The notes beneath the pieces are model-generated. The model made no database searches, was not told where the DNA came from, and saw only the letters and a program-made list of their open reading frames with translations. Below are positions 29,619 to 38,131 of a DNA stretch of 64,000 nt, piece by piece (within the stretch, counting starts at the first letter, position 1; every line of letters begins with the position of its first letter). This DNA is from a virus, in IMG/VR virus record IMGVR_UViG_3300037461_000748, positions 67,609-131,608 of that record; one strand, given 5' to 3'. Both the position numbers and the translations under genes were made by a program.

Positions 29619-31306
29619 TATGGGCAATGGGCTCAGAGCTTACTGAAAAGCGTGGTACATTTGCTGCGCTTAACAATTGTGCTTTCGTGTCCACAGTAAA
29701 CATTAAGGAAGATTTGTCAGCTCCATTTACTTTCTTAATGGATGCATCAATGTTAGGCATTGGTGTAGGATTTGATACAAAGGGAGCAGGGCAAATAATA
29801 ATTAAAGGACCTAATGTTACTAGATCTACAGAAGTATACTCCATTCCCGACACACGTGAGGGATGGGTAGAGTCCGTAAAATTATTATTAGAATCCTATT
29901 TCCTGGGTACAGCCGCCGCCGAGTTTAATTATGACCAAATCAGACCCGCAGGAGAACTTATTAAAGGCTTCGGAGGCGTTGCCTCTGGACCAGAACCTTT
30001 AAGAACTTTGCACAACGACATTAGAAGAGTGTTAAATGAGCAAATTGGAAATCCAATTCCAACTAGGACCATCGTAGACATTCAAAACCTCATCGGTAAA
30101 TGCGTAGTATCCGGCAATGTTCGCAGATCAGCTGAAGTTGTATTCGGTGATCCCGCATCCGATGAATATCTTGATTTAAAGAATTATAATGTTAATCCAG
30201 ATCGAGCTGAATTCGGATGGACTAGTAATAACAGCGTATTCGCAGAATTGGGTATGGATTATAGTGCAATTTGTGAAAGGGTTAGAGGAAACGGAGAACC
30301 CGGCTTTGCCTGGCTAGAAAATATGCAAGGCTACGGAAGAATGAAGAATGAAAAAGACTTTAAAGATCATAGAGCATTAGGAGGCAATCCATGCCTAGAA
30401 CAAACATTAGAATCATATGAACTGTGCTGCTTAGTAGAAACTTTTCCAGATAAACACAGTGACAAAGAAGATTACATTAGAACATTGAAGTTTGCGTATT
30501 TATATGCAAAAACAGTGACTCTTGGTAAGACTCATTGGCCCGAAACTAATAGGGTTCTATTGCGAAATAGACGCATAGGGTGTTCTGTGAGCGGCATAGC
30601 ACAATTCATAACCAATAGAGGAATAGAGACCTTAAGAGACTGGTTAGAAGATGGTTATAATGCGATTCAAGATTATGATAAAGTCTATTCAGATTGGTTA
30701 GCAATTCCTCGTAGCATAAAGACTACGAGCGTAAAACCATCTGGCACTGTATCTTTATTAGCCGGAGCAACACCCGGCGTGCATTACCCAGAATCCAGAT
30801 TGTATATCAGACGTATAAGACTTGCCAAGACTAGTGAGTTACTAAAGCCTTTAGAAAAAGCAGGTTATAATATAGAGCCTGCAGAAAAAGACCCATCTAC
30901 GGTCATCGTAGAAATTCCGATAGACGTAGGAGATGGAATTAGAACAGCATCAGAAGTATCGATGTGGGAACAGTTATCATTAGCTGCCTTCCTACAAAGA
31001 CATTGGGCAGATAATCAAGTATCTTGCACAGTAACATTTGATCCTGAGACCGAAGGACCTACTCTTCAATATGCGTTAAATTTCTTTCAGTATCAACTAA
31101 AAAGTATTAGTTTCCTTCCAAGGATTGATACAGGCGCATACCCACAAATGCCCTATGAACCTATTACCAAAGAGCGATATAACGACATAATGTCTAAACT
31201 TAAAAAGGTAAACTTTGGAGCGATCAAGGGAGAAAAGGCAGAGGTTGAAAAATTCTGTAATAATGACGTTTGCAAGTTGGATTTAGAACACAAAGAGGAA
31301 AATTGA
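29619..31306 (+). CDS. nrdJ: Class II ribonucleotide reductase, exon 2
   Basis: LNNCAF, GNVRRSA, GGNPCLEQ, TSVKPSGTVSLL, WADNQVS, C-terminal FCNNDVC. Confidence 0.92.
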
Positions 31307-31343
31307 TATATAAAATACATAAAAATAAAACCGTAAGAATTAC

Positions 31344-31748
31344 ATGGCTGAAGAGTATCTGGACTACGGTGTAGGTTCTCTTTTACGAAACGTAAACATT
31401 AAAGAGGTCACCAAGATAGAAGTAAAAGTTCCAGTAAGAGCTTCTAACGAAGACATCATCAATTATACTGATGCAGAAAAAATCTGTCTCACCGTAACTG
31501 ATAGGGGTAATAAGATTTTTAAAATCTCAGACGCATGGGTTGATAAAGATGGAGAACCAACTATTAAAGGACTTTGGTTTACATTATCTGAGGACGAAAA
31601 GTTATCACCCTCCAGTTCAGTTGCACAACTACTGAAATATTACAAAGTAAATACATTAAAAGAATTGATTGGTCTACGGGTAAAAGTGTATCCAGATGAA
31701 AATAATTATCTGGTCATAGTAGCCTGTGACCATAAATTAATAAGTTAA
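31344..31748 (+). CDS. Hypothetical protein
   Basis: ORF track; beta-rich, IKGLW motif. Confidence 0.6.
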   Translation: MAEEYLDYGVGSLLRNVNIKEVTKIEVKVPVRASNEDIINYTDAEKICLTVTDRGNKIFKISDAWVDKDGEPTIKGLWFTLSEDEKLSPSSSVAQLLKYYKVNTLKELIGLRVKVYPDENNYLVIVACDHKLIS

Positions 31749-31766
31749 TTAACAACAGGAAACAAA

Positions 31767-33908
31767 ATGAAAGCAAGTCTTGATATATTCCCAGCTTATA
31801 ATGAGATTTACGGACTTGGATTTTCTCAAGAGAAACTTGATCACCTGAGCACTTTCCCAACTGGCGACTTAGCAGAACATAAAGTTCCGACAGATTTACA
31901 ATGGATATTGCAGAATACTAGTTCCTTTGTAAGGGTAGGTAACATGGTTGCCAGGAAGGTGGGAAGAAGTCAAGGATATTACCGGGATAATAATAAAATC
32001 ATCTTTAATAAGCTAGACAAAGCAAAAGCATCTGAGTATGCAATTACAGATTACTTATACTTTGGGTTTAAAGTGCCCAAGGATTATCAAGGATATTTGA
32101 TAGAATGGTCTGAGATTGGATATTCTAATAACAGACTATTAGTTGTCGATGAGCTAACTCAGGATGACTTGCCAAAGATTAGCATTGTATATAATTTTAT
32201 AAAACATTTCCTAAATGGACGTGGAATTGAGGCGATAGTTAATGGCGTAAAAAGTTTAAGATTTAAGCGATTTAGTCTGTTCATAGATAAGTTGAGAGAT
32301 TCAATATTAACTATGGATCCGACCTGCTTTGTATTAGAGCGGCAATCAGATCTAGATGGTACAAGATCAGTTTTCTTAAACTTTTTCAATCTAGCGTATC
32401 CGCGAGCGAAATACAGCAGTTCTGAAGACTTACAAGAAAAATATAGGAAAGTTAGTGAGAATTGGCATTTAAGTGTAATTACTGACGTAGTAGAATATAA
32501 AAATCGCAGATTTGCGTTGAGTTTATTCAGACCTCCGTCAGGATATTACAAGGGCGGCTCCGCGTTTTACCTGAGAGTCGCCAATCATGAAGATCGTTGT
32601 TACGATTATGTTGACGTGGATAGATGTTATGTAGAAAGCGAAGTTAGCGCTGGGGTCACTTTGGGAGCAGTCGCCTTTATTGACAGCAAACCCCAAATGC
32701 CTACGCGAGAAGTACTCGAACCCTATGTGAAGTCTATTCAGAAATATGAGCAGCCAGTCTTAATGACTAATAAAGATTTAGCAATTATAGTAAAGAGACA
32801 CGAACAACGTAAAGAAAGAGAACGTACCGAAGCAGTCCAGAAAACTAAATTGGCTGAAAAAATTAGTCAAAAGATAGAAGTCTTAAAAGAAGACAGCGGC
32901 AAATTGAATGTCAATGGTGTCTTATTTACTAAGAATGCTATCAGTTACGAAAATCAATCATTGATTATCGAGGATTCGGATGAATGGGTGTATAATCTTG
33001 TAGATAGATTAGTTCGCTCTTATAATCTCGATTCTGTAAACTTTGATACAGTATTAGCTCGGTTTCTAGATAAAGTTGAGGAAAAAGTTCAACGGAGTGA
33101 TGACGTTAAAGGGCAGATTGGTGATGTTACCTTTCATATTACTAGAGCAGCATTAACTAATAGAGATGGTAATACCAGTCGCCGAACTTATATCAACGAA
33201 AAACGAATTAATTTAGAAGAAGTAAAAGAATGCATCGAGCGAGGATTATGTTTTCAGAAACAAGACGATTTTAACTATTTCTTATACGAAGTCAGTAAAT
33301 GCTCGTTAAAAATTCACAAATGTCTCCAAAGAGGAATCACGATGAATGTACGAGACGAGTTTAATGGCTGTGTAATTTCAATGAAACTCCCACTGACTCG
33401 TAAAAGGAATATTAATTATCTTGTAATGGAAGGCCAGGAGTTTAGAGTAAAAGATACTCATAAGATCATTGATTTGCGTAAAGCAAACGATCTTGTAGAT
33501 GTATTAAACGTATTTTTGAACCCAAACATTATCGACGGTGTAAATTACTCCTATATTAAAGGCTTAGTCGAAGCAGCGAAGAAAGAATTCGTCACAGCTG
33601 TAGAGAAAAGCCAAAAACTTTTGAAAGAAACAGAAGAAACTTTTAATCTTACTGTAGGTAATCACCAGCTTGCTAATGGTAAAATGGTTCATGGTTATCT
33701 CATTACTGGAAAGAAAAGAACCTATGTTTTAGAAGTTCATGAAGACAATCCAGAAGCTAAAAACAATGTTTACATATTTCCTGAGGGAAGTTACGTATGC
33801 ATCGTTGATAAATCAACGGCACAAGTCGGTATGGATAAAGTCGTTAATAGAATCTACGCATTGCACAACGATTCAATGTTGGCTGCGCAGATCCATACCT
33901 TAAAATAG
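31767..33908 (+). CDS. Large hypothetical protein upstream of the Ubl module
   Basis: 713 aa; central coiled coil; C-terminal ITGKKRTY...YVCIVD..D. Confidence 0.7.
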   Translation: MKASLDIFPAYNEIYGLGFSQEKLDHLSTFPTGDLAEHKVPTDLQWILQNTSSFVRVGNMVARKVGRSQGYYRDNNKIIFNKLDKAKASEYAITDYLYFGFKVPKDYQGYLIEWSEIGYSNNRLLVVDELTQDDLPKISIVYNFIKHFLNGRGIEAIVNGVKSLRFKRFSLFIDKLRDSILTMDPTCFVLERQSDLDGTRSVFLNFFNLAYPRAKYSSSEDLQEKYRKVSENWHLSVITDVVEYKNRRFALSLFRPPSGYYKGGSAFYLRVANHEDRCYDYVDVDRCYVESEVSAGVTLGAVAFIDSKPQMPTREVLEPYVKSIQKYEQPVLMTNKDLAIIVKRHEQRKERERTEAVQKTKLAEKISQKIEVLKEDSGKLNVNGVLFTKNAISYENQSLIIEDSDEWVYNLVDRLVRSYNLDSVNFDTVLARFLDKVEEKVQRSDDVKGQIGDVTFHITRAALTNRDGNTSRRTYINEKRINLEEVKECIERGLCFQKQDDFNYFLYEVSKCSLKIHKCLQRGITMNVRDEFNGCVISMKLPLTRKRNINYLVMEGQEFRVKDTHKIIDLRKANDLVDVLNVFLNPNIIDGVNYSYIKGLVEAAKKEFVTAVEKSQKLLKETEETFNLTVGNHQLANGKMVHGYLITGKKRTYVLEVHEDNPEAKNNVYIFPEGSYVCIVDKSTAQVGMDKVVNRIYALHNDSMLAAQIHTLK

Positions 33909-33933
33909 TTAACTAATTTATAAATATATATTT

Positions 33934-34167
33934 ATGGAAAAACAAATAAAAAGAGTAATAGTAAAAGAAATCTCTAGCAAAGGGCACGATGAGTGGGACT
34001 TTGATGCGCAAGAAGCATTAGAGTACATCCAGGAAGCTGCGAGAAACGGGAAATGGCTATATCTCGACGGAACATTTGCTAATCCAAATGAAGTAACTTT
34101 GGATGACTTAGCCGAATCAAGAAACATTCTGTTATCAAACGCCCTTATAGGCGGAAACGCTAATTAA
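33934..34167 (+). CDS. Putative ubiquitin-like/sulfur-carrier protein (GG followed by NAN extension)
   Basis: 77 aa; WLYLDG..VTLDD..ILLSNALIGG-NAN fits the beta-grasp C-terminal pattern; adjacent to JAB and E1. Confidence 0.7.
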   Translation: MEKQIKRVIVKEISSKGHDEWDFDAQEALEYIQEAARNGKWLYLDGTFANPNEVTLDDLAESRNILLSNALIGGNAN

Positions 34168-34170
34168 ACT

Positions 34171-34230
34171 TGAGGATGGGCGCCCCGATCCGCTGATGGT
34201 TTCTCCTGAAGCCCCGGGTCGCCCAATTCA
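34171..34230 (+). ncRNA. GC-rich intergenic stem-loop between Ubl and JAB
   Basis: TGGGCG-c-CCCG pairs with CGGG-t-CGCCCA; inner GCUGAUGG/CCUGAAGC. Confidence 0.5.
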
Positions 34231-34235
34231 TTATT

Positions 34236-34739
34236 ATGAACCTTAATATACAAAAATACCACAAGGTTACTTCTAACATTGTACTGCAGCATGACATTGG
34301 AATCTTAGGAATGATGTTAGCACATGGGCATTCTAATCTGCAAGACGAAGTATTTGCAGTAGGAATCGGACATAAAAATGATAATATCTGGACTATGACA
34401 AAATTCTGCCCAGTAGACAATGTAGTAAAAGATAACAGATTCAAGAGAATCAGACAACAATTAAGTGTAAATCCTAATACGGATTACATACCACATCCTA
34501 CCCAATTTATGCAAGTATTAATGGATACCAGGCACTATGATGATAATAATCAATTTGACTTAGTGGTAATTTTTCACACACATCCTCATAATCATCCCTG
34601 TCCATCCATAACAGACACGTTGGGGGCTGGATACGAAGCAGTATATATTATCTATTCTCCATATTATAAGGAGTTTAGCTATAACTACTATGACGGTATA
34701 AACCGCGGATTTAAAAATGTAAACATGGAGTTGTTATGA
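34236..34739 (+). CDS. JAB/MPN+ (JAMM) metallo-isopeptidase
   Basis: DEVFAVGIG (Glu) and HTHPHNHPCPSITD = H-x-H-x7-S-x2-D. Confidence 0.85.
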   Translation: MNLNIQKYHKVTSNIVLQHDIGILGMMLAHGHSNLQDEVFAVGIGHKNDNIWTMTKFCPVDNVVKDNRFKRIRQQLSVNPNTDYIPHPTQFMQVLMDTRHYDDNNQFDLVVIFHTHPHNHPCPSITDTLGAGYEAVYIIYSPYYKEFSYNYYDGINRGFKNVNMELL

Positions 34740-35326
34740 AACAAGTAGCGGTCGTCGGAGCGGGCGGCATTGGAAGCTGGTTAGCCTTCTATCTGTTCAA
34801 TTTGGAACAACACGATCAACTTAAAAACGTGGGTTTCACTTTTTATGACGATGATATCGTCGAAGAAAAAAATATTCCTTATCAGAATTTTGGTATCGTT
34901 GATATTACAGACTCCAAAGTAGAATCTATATCAGCCCGATACGGATTCATAGGAGAAGAAAGAAGAGTGGAAAGTGTTAAAGATTTGAAAGACTTCGATT
35001 GCATTATTTGCGCCGTAGATAGCAAATCTTTTAGAAAAGATTTATTTGAAAATTGTAACGGTGAAGACGATCCATACTGGATCGACTTGAGAAGCGAAGG
35101 AAGAGCTTTTGTATTTTACACAAAACACGAAAAAAATACAACTGAAAAAATGTTAGGCACCTTGCCAAAGGATGATGCTGAGGAAGGGAGTTGCCAGTTA
35201 GAGTGGGAACTTAGTGAGGGCATTATTCAGCAAGGTAATAAGATCGTGGCCGCAATAGCAAGTCAGTTAGTTTTAAACTGGCATCGGAAAGTCGATAGTC
35301 CTCCGACATTAGTAGCACATATTTGA
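34736..35326 (+). CDS. ThiF/MoeB/E1-family adenylyltransferase
   Basis: VVGAGGIGS, DDDIVEEKNIPYQ, SKVE, CAVD; no CxxC pairs; candidate catalytic Cys in EGSCQ. Confidence 0.88.
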   Translation: MKQVAVVGAGGIGSWLAFYLFNLEQHDQLKNVGFTFYDDDIVEEKNIPYQNFGIVDITDSKVESISARYGFIGEERRVESVKDLKDFDCIICAVDSKSFRKDLFENCNGEDDPYWIDLRSEGRAFVFYTKHEKNTTEKMLGTLPKDDAEEGSCQLEWELSEGIIQQGNKIVAAIASQLVLNWHRKVDSPPTLVAHI

Positions 35327-35331
35327 CAAAA

Positions 35332-35486
35332 TGGCAGTTGTGGCGGCGGAGCATATCCCGAGGGAAATGCTGGCTAAAGGCCCGTGACTGAAGAACACCG
35401 TTACGAACCCTGGATTGGGCTTAGCAGATAAGTCGGTGAGGATCAAGGGAAACGCAAGGTAGATCAGATATCCTTGACAACTGCCA
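35332..35486 (+). ncRNA. Putative structured non-coding RNA (about 155 nt)
   Basis: Perfect 10-bp closing stem TGGCAGTTGT/ACAACTGCCA enclosing three hairpins; GC-rich in an AT-rich genome; strand inferred from context. Confidence 0.55.
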
Positions 35487-35511
35487 CTAAATTTTAATTG
35501 GTGAAAAGTCA

Positions 35512-35772
35512 ATGGAAGAAAAACAGACTAGAAGACAGTCAAAGGATTTCAACGAAATCTGGAATATTCAGTCGGAGATGAATGTTTCAAATGAAACATG
35601 GGACGAACTCTTTCATAATTGGGATAATCCGATGGAATGTAAGGGACGTAAAAGACCGACTGGTTGTACAATTTGCGAATTAATTGAAAAGAATGGATGC
35701 GTAATTAGAAAAAGTACAGGGGAGACTTATGACAAAAAAGGGAAACTTGTAATTTGTCAAAGAACACCTTAA
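35512..35772 (+). CDS. Cys-rich hypothetical protein
   Basis: ORF track. Confidence 0.5.
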   Translation: MEEKQTRRQSKDFNEIWNIQSEMNVSNETWDELFHNWDNPMECKGRKRPTGCTICELIEKNGCVIRKSTGETYDKKGKLVICQRTP

Positions 35773-35791
35773 TTATTAACCAAAATATAAT

Positions 35792-36052
35792 ATGAACGGA
35801 AGACTTAAGAGCCGAAAAATGTGGATGGCCCTGACAGCGATGATATTAGTATGCGTGGCACCATTCATTGCCGGAGACAAGGCAGAATCGGGATCATTGA
35901 TTAACGCAATAACGATGATATCGATGGTCTACCTTGGAGGCCAGGGAGCAGTAGACACTGTTAATACTTATAAAAATGGGGAAAAGGCCCATGCCGAAGA
36001 TCCACTACAAGTCGTTGGCCCTGATCCAGACTTCATAGGAAAAGGAAAGTGA
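35792..36052 (+). CDS. Two-TM membrane protein, holin-like
   Basis: LKSRKMW start, two hydrophobic helices, YLGGQGAVD. Confidence 0.55.
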   Translation: MNGRLKSRKMWMALTAMILVCVAPFIAGDKAESGSLINAITMISMVYLGGQGAVDTVNTYKNGEKAHAEDPLQVVGPDPDFIGKGK

Positions 36053-36765
36053 AAATTTTATTAATAGGGGATGTTCATAGTCACTTTTCTGCACTGAGCA
36101 GACTATTAGACGAACATCCTTACATTGATTTTGCAATACAAGTCGGTGACCTCGGATTTTTCTTTACTGAAGAGGCAGCGATGAAAGATGCAAAGGCTTA
36201 CAAACATAACCCAAAATTAATAAGCAGCTTTATTAGGAAGCATAAAAATAATGCTTTGAAACCACTTAGCAAAGTTGTATATTTCGTTAAGGGTAACCAT
36301 GATGACTATGACATGCTAGACTCCAACGAAATGAAGGCTTTAAATCTTCGATTCGTTAAACAAGGTGAAATAATAAGAGTCTCTGATGTAACAATTATGG
36401 GATTTGGAGGAATCTATTCTCCGATACGATCTAAACTTAATGCTGATAATTTATGTGAAAGACAAAAAAGGTTCTTTACTGAAGACGAAGCATTAATGGC
36501 AAAATTAAAAGGAAGATCAGAAAGAATAGACATACTAATATTACATAATGCCCCAGTTGGTACTCTCCCAAGAACAAGTAGAGAGGAAGGCTTATTAACA
36601 CTAAACGGAATAATAGAGGAGATAACTCCTAAATTAATAGTGCATGGGCATCATCACATTAATTACCAATCTGGTAGAGTTATTGGCTTAGGGAACTTTT
36701 CTAAGAATAAAGAGTCCTATGTAATAGTCGAAAAAAGTAATGAAGGAAATTTATGCGTTCTATAA
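36049..36765 (+). CDS. Calcineurin-like metallophosphoesterase
   Basis: GDVH, VGDLG, GNHD, HGHHH. Confidence 0.88.
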   Translation: MKILLIGDVHSHFSALSRLLDEHPYIDFAIQVGDLGFFFTEEAAMKDAKAYKHNPKLISSFIRKHKNNALKPLSKVVYFVKGNHDDYDMLDSNEMKALNLRFVKQGEIIRVSDVTIMGFGGIYSPIRSKLNADNLCERQKRFFTEDEALMAKLKGRSERIDILILHNAPVGTLPRTSREEGLLTLNGIIEEITPKLIVHGHHHINYQSGRVIGLGNFSKNKESYVIVEKSNEGNLCVL

Positions 36766-37322
36766 TTTGTTTAGACGTCGATGGAATATTAAGACCGTTC
36801 ATCGAACGAACTGCTGAAGTGTTCGGAACTGCACATGATATGGCTATTGAATTGTATAATGGGGAGAAAGATTTCTATGAGTACTTTATTCCTTATGATA
36901 AGGCTTACGTAAGAAAATTTATTTTCGAAGATAGAGTTAAAGACATCTTTCTAAACGCAAAACCGTATCCAGAGGCAGAGGATGGATTCAGCTTTTTACA
37001 AGAATTTTGTAATAAGACTGATAGAGAGTTGATGATTGTTAGTTCTCAATTTAGTTATACTACTAAGATACTTACACTTAGGTGGTTAGAGCGATTTAAT
37101 ATGTTAACTGAGAACTTAGCGTTTGTCAAGCATCCTAATAAGTTCATCATTGACGGTAATATTTTGATAGACGATGAACGTGACAATTTGCAGAAGTGGT
37201 CTGAGAAAGGAAAAACTGCAATTTGTTTTGATCGTGCGTGGAATAAGGATTGGAAAGGTTTACGTCTCAATAATTTAACTCAGATACCTGAGTTATTAAA
37301 CAAACCAAACAATTTTATATAA
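36753..37322 (+). CDS. HAD 5'(3')-deoxyribonucleotidase (NT5C-like)
   Basis: LDVDGIL, ILIDD, AWN. Confidence 0.8.
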   Translation: MRSIICLDVDGILRPFIERTAEVFGTAHDMAIELYNGEKDFYEYFIPYDKAYVRKFIFEDRVKDIFLNAKPYPEAEDGFSFLQEFCNKTDRELMIVSSQFSYTTKILTLRWLERFNMLTENLAFVKHPNKFIIDGNILIDDERDNLQKWSEKGKTAICFDRAWNKDWKGLRLNNLTQIPELLNKPNNFI

Positions 37323-37327
37323 ACATA

Positions 37328-38131
37328 TTGACCATGTTAGAACAATACTTTTCAGAAATTGATGCATACGAGCTAATTGATCGAGAAGAAGAAAGGAGAC
37401 TGTTAACAGAGGCAAAAGCTGGAAATAAGATAGCTTCTGAGAAACTAATCAATAGCAACTTAAAATTTGTAGTATCAGTTGCCAAGTCATATCAAGGACA
37501 AGGGATCCCATTAGAAGATTTAATATCAGAGGGAAACCTTGGACTTATTAAAGCATTAGATAAATTTGATCTTAATAGAGAAGTCAAGTTTATATCATAT
37601 GCAGTATGGTGGATTAGACAGTCAATCATTAATGCGATTCATGAGAACGCTAAGATTGTCAGACTTCCCTTGAATAAGATTAATAATTTGACTAAGGCCA
37701 AGAAAGCCCGAAACGAATTAGAAGAAATCTTAGGAAGAGAAGCCAGTCTCCAGGAACTTGAGAACTACATTGACAACCCAGAAATTATCAGAGATATGAA
37801 GTTTAATTTTGAAGTAATTAGCGTAAATAAACCTCATACAAATGATAATAAAGATCTTACCACCGTTATATCTTACGATGATAAAGAGTCGCCGGAGCAT
37901 TACGAAAAAGAATTCAGAAAAGAGTTAAACTTTGCAATACGTGGATTTACGCCGCGTGAGAAAAAGATTATTAAGATGTATTATGGCATAGGCTATGTAC
38001 GTCCTTATACTCTTAAAGAAATTGGAGAGGAAATGAATCTAACACGGGAAAGAATAAGACAGATCAAAGAGCGGGCCCTTCAGAAACTAAGAAAGAAACA
38101 TAGAAACGAAACACTCGGATTATATTTATGA
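37328..38131 (+). CDS. Phage RNA polymerase sigma70 factor (regions 1.2-4, no region 1.1)
   Basis: NLKFVVSVAKSY, DLISEGNLGLIKA..KFD, FISYAVWWIRQSI, TLKEIG..LTRERIRQI. Confidence 0.92.
   Translation: MTMLEQYFSEIDAYELIDREEERRLLTEAKAGNKIASEKLINSNLKFVVSVAKSYQGQGIPLEDLISEGNLGLIKALDKFDLNREVKFISYAVWWIRQSIINAIHENAKIVRLPLNKINNLTKAKKARNELEEILGREASLQELENYIDNPEIIRDMKFNFEVISVNKPHTNDNKDLTTVISYDDKESPEHYEKEFRKELNFAIRGFTPREKKIIKMYYGIGYVRPYTLKEIGEEMNLTRERIRQIKERALQKLRKKHRNETLGLYL

Noticed and set aside
28320-31306. nrdJ as a split pseudogene, or ORF 29594 as an independent gene
   Set aside because: The interruption has all group I intron hallmarks and precise removal restores the frame and the GRGLWAMG motif.
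34172-34206. Fluoride riboswitch-like words (GAUGG ... GCUGAUG)
   Set aside because: The required pseudoknot pairing is absent and no fluoride-related gene follows.
33934-35326. Ordinary thiamine or molybdopterin biosynthesis operon
   Set aside because: No thiG, thiC, moaE or cysteine desulfurase genes nearby, and the E1 lacks the Zn-binding CxxC pairs of ThiF/MoeB. A sulfur-carrier role remains a minor alternative.
35385-35415. CUGAAGA as a hammerhead ribozyme core
   Set aside because: No proper stem II followed by GAAA, and no matching cleavage-site arrangement found.
34168-35511. tRNA genes in the GC-rich intergenic patches
   Set aside because: No cloverleaf with a T-loop GTTCRA or acceptor-stem geometry was recognised; tRNAscan-SE or ARAGORN would settle it.
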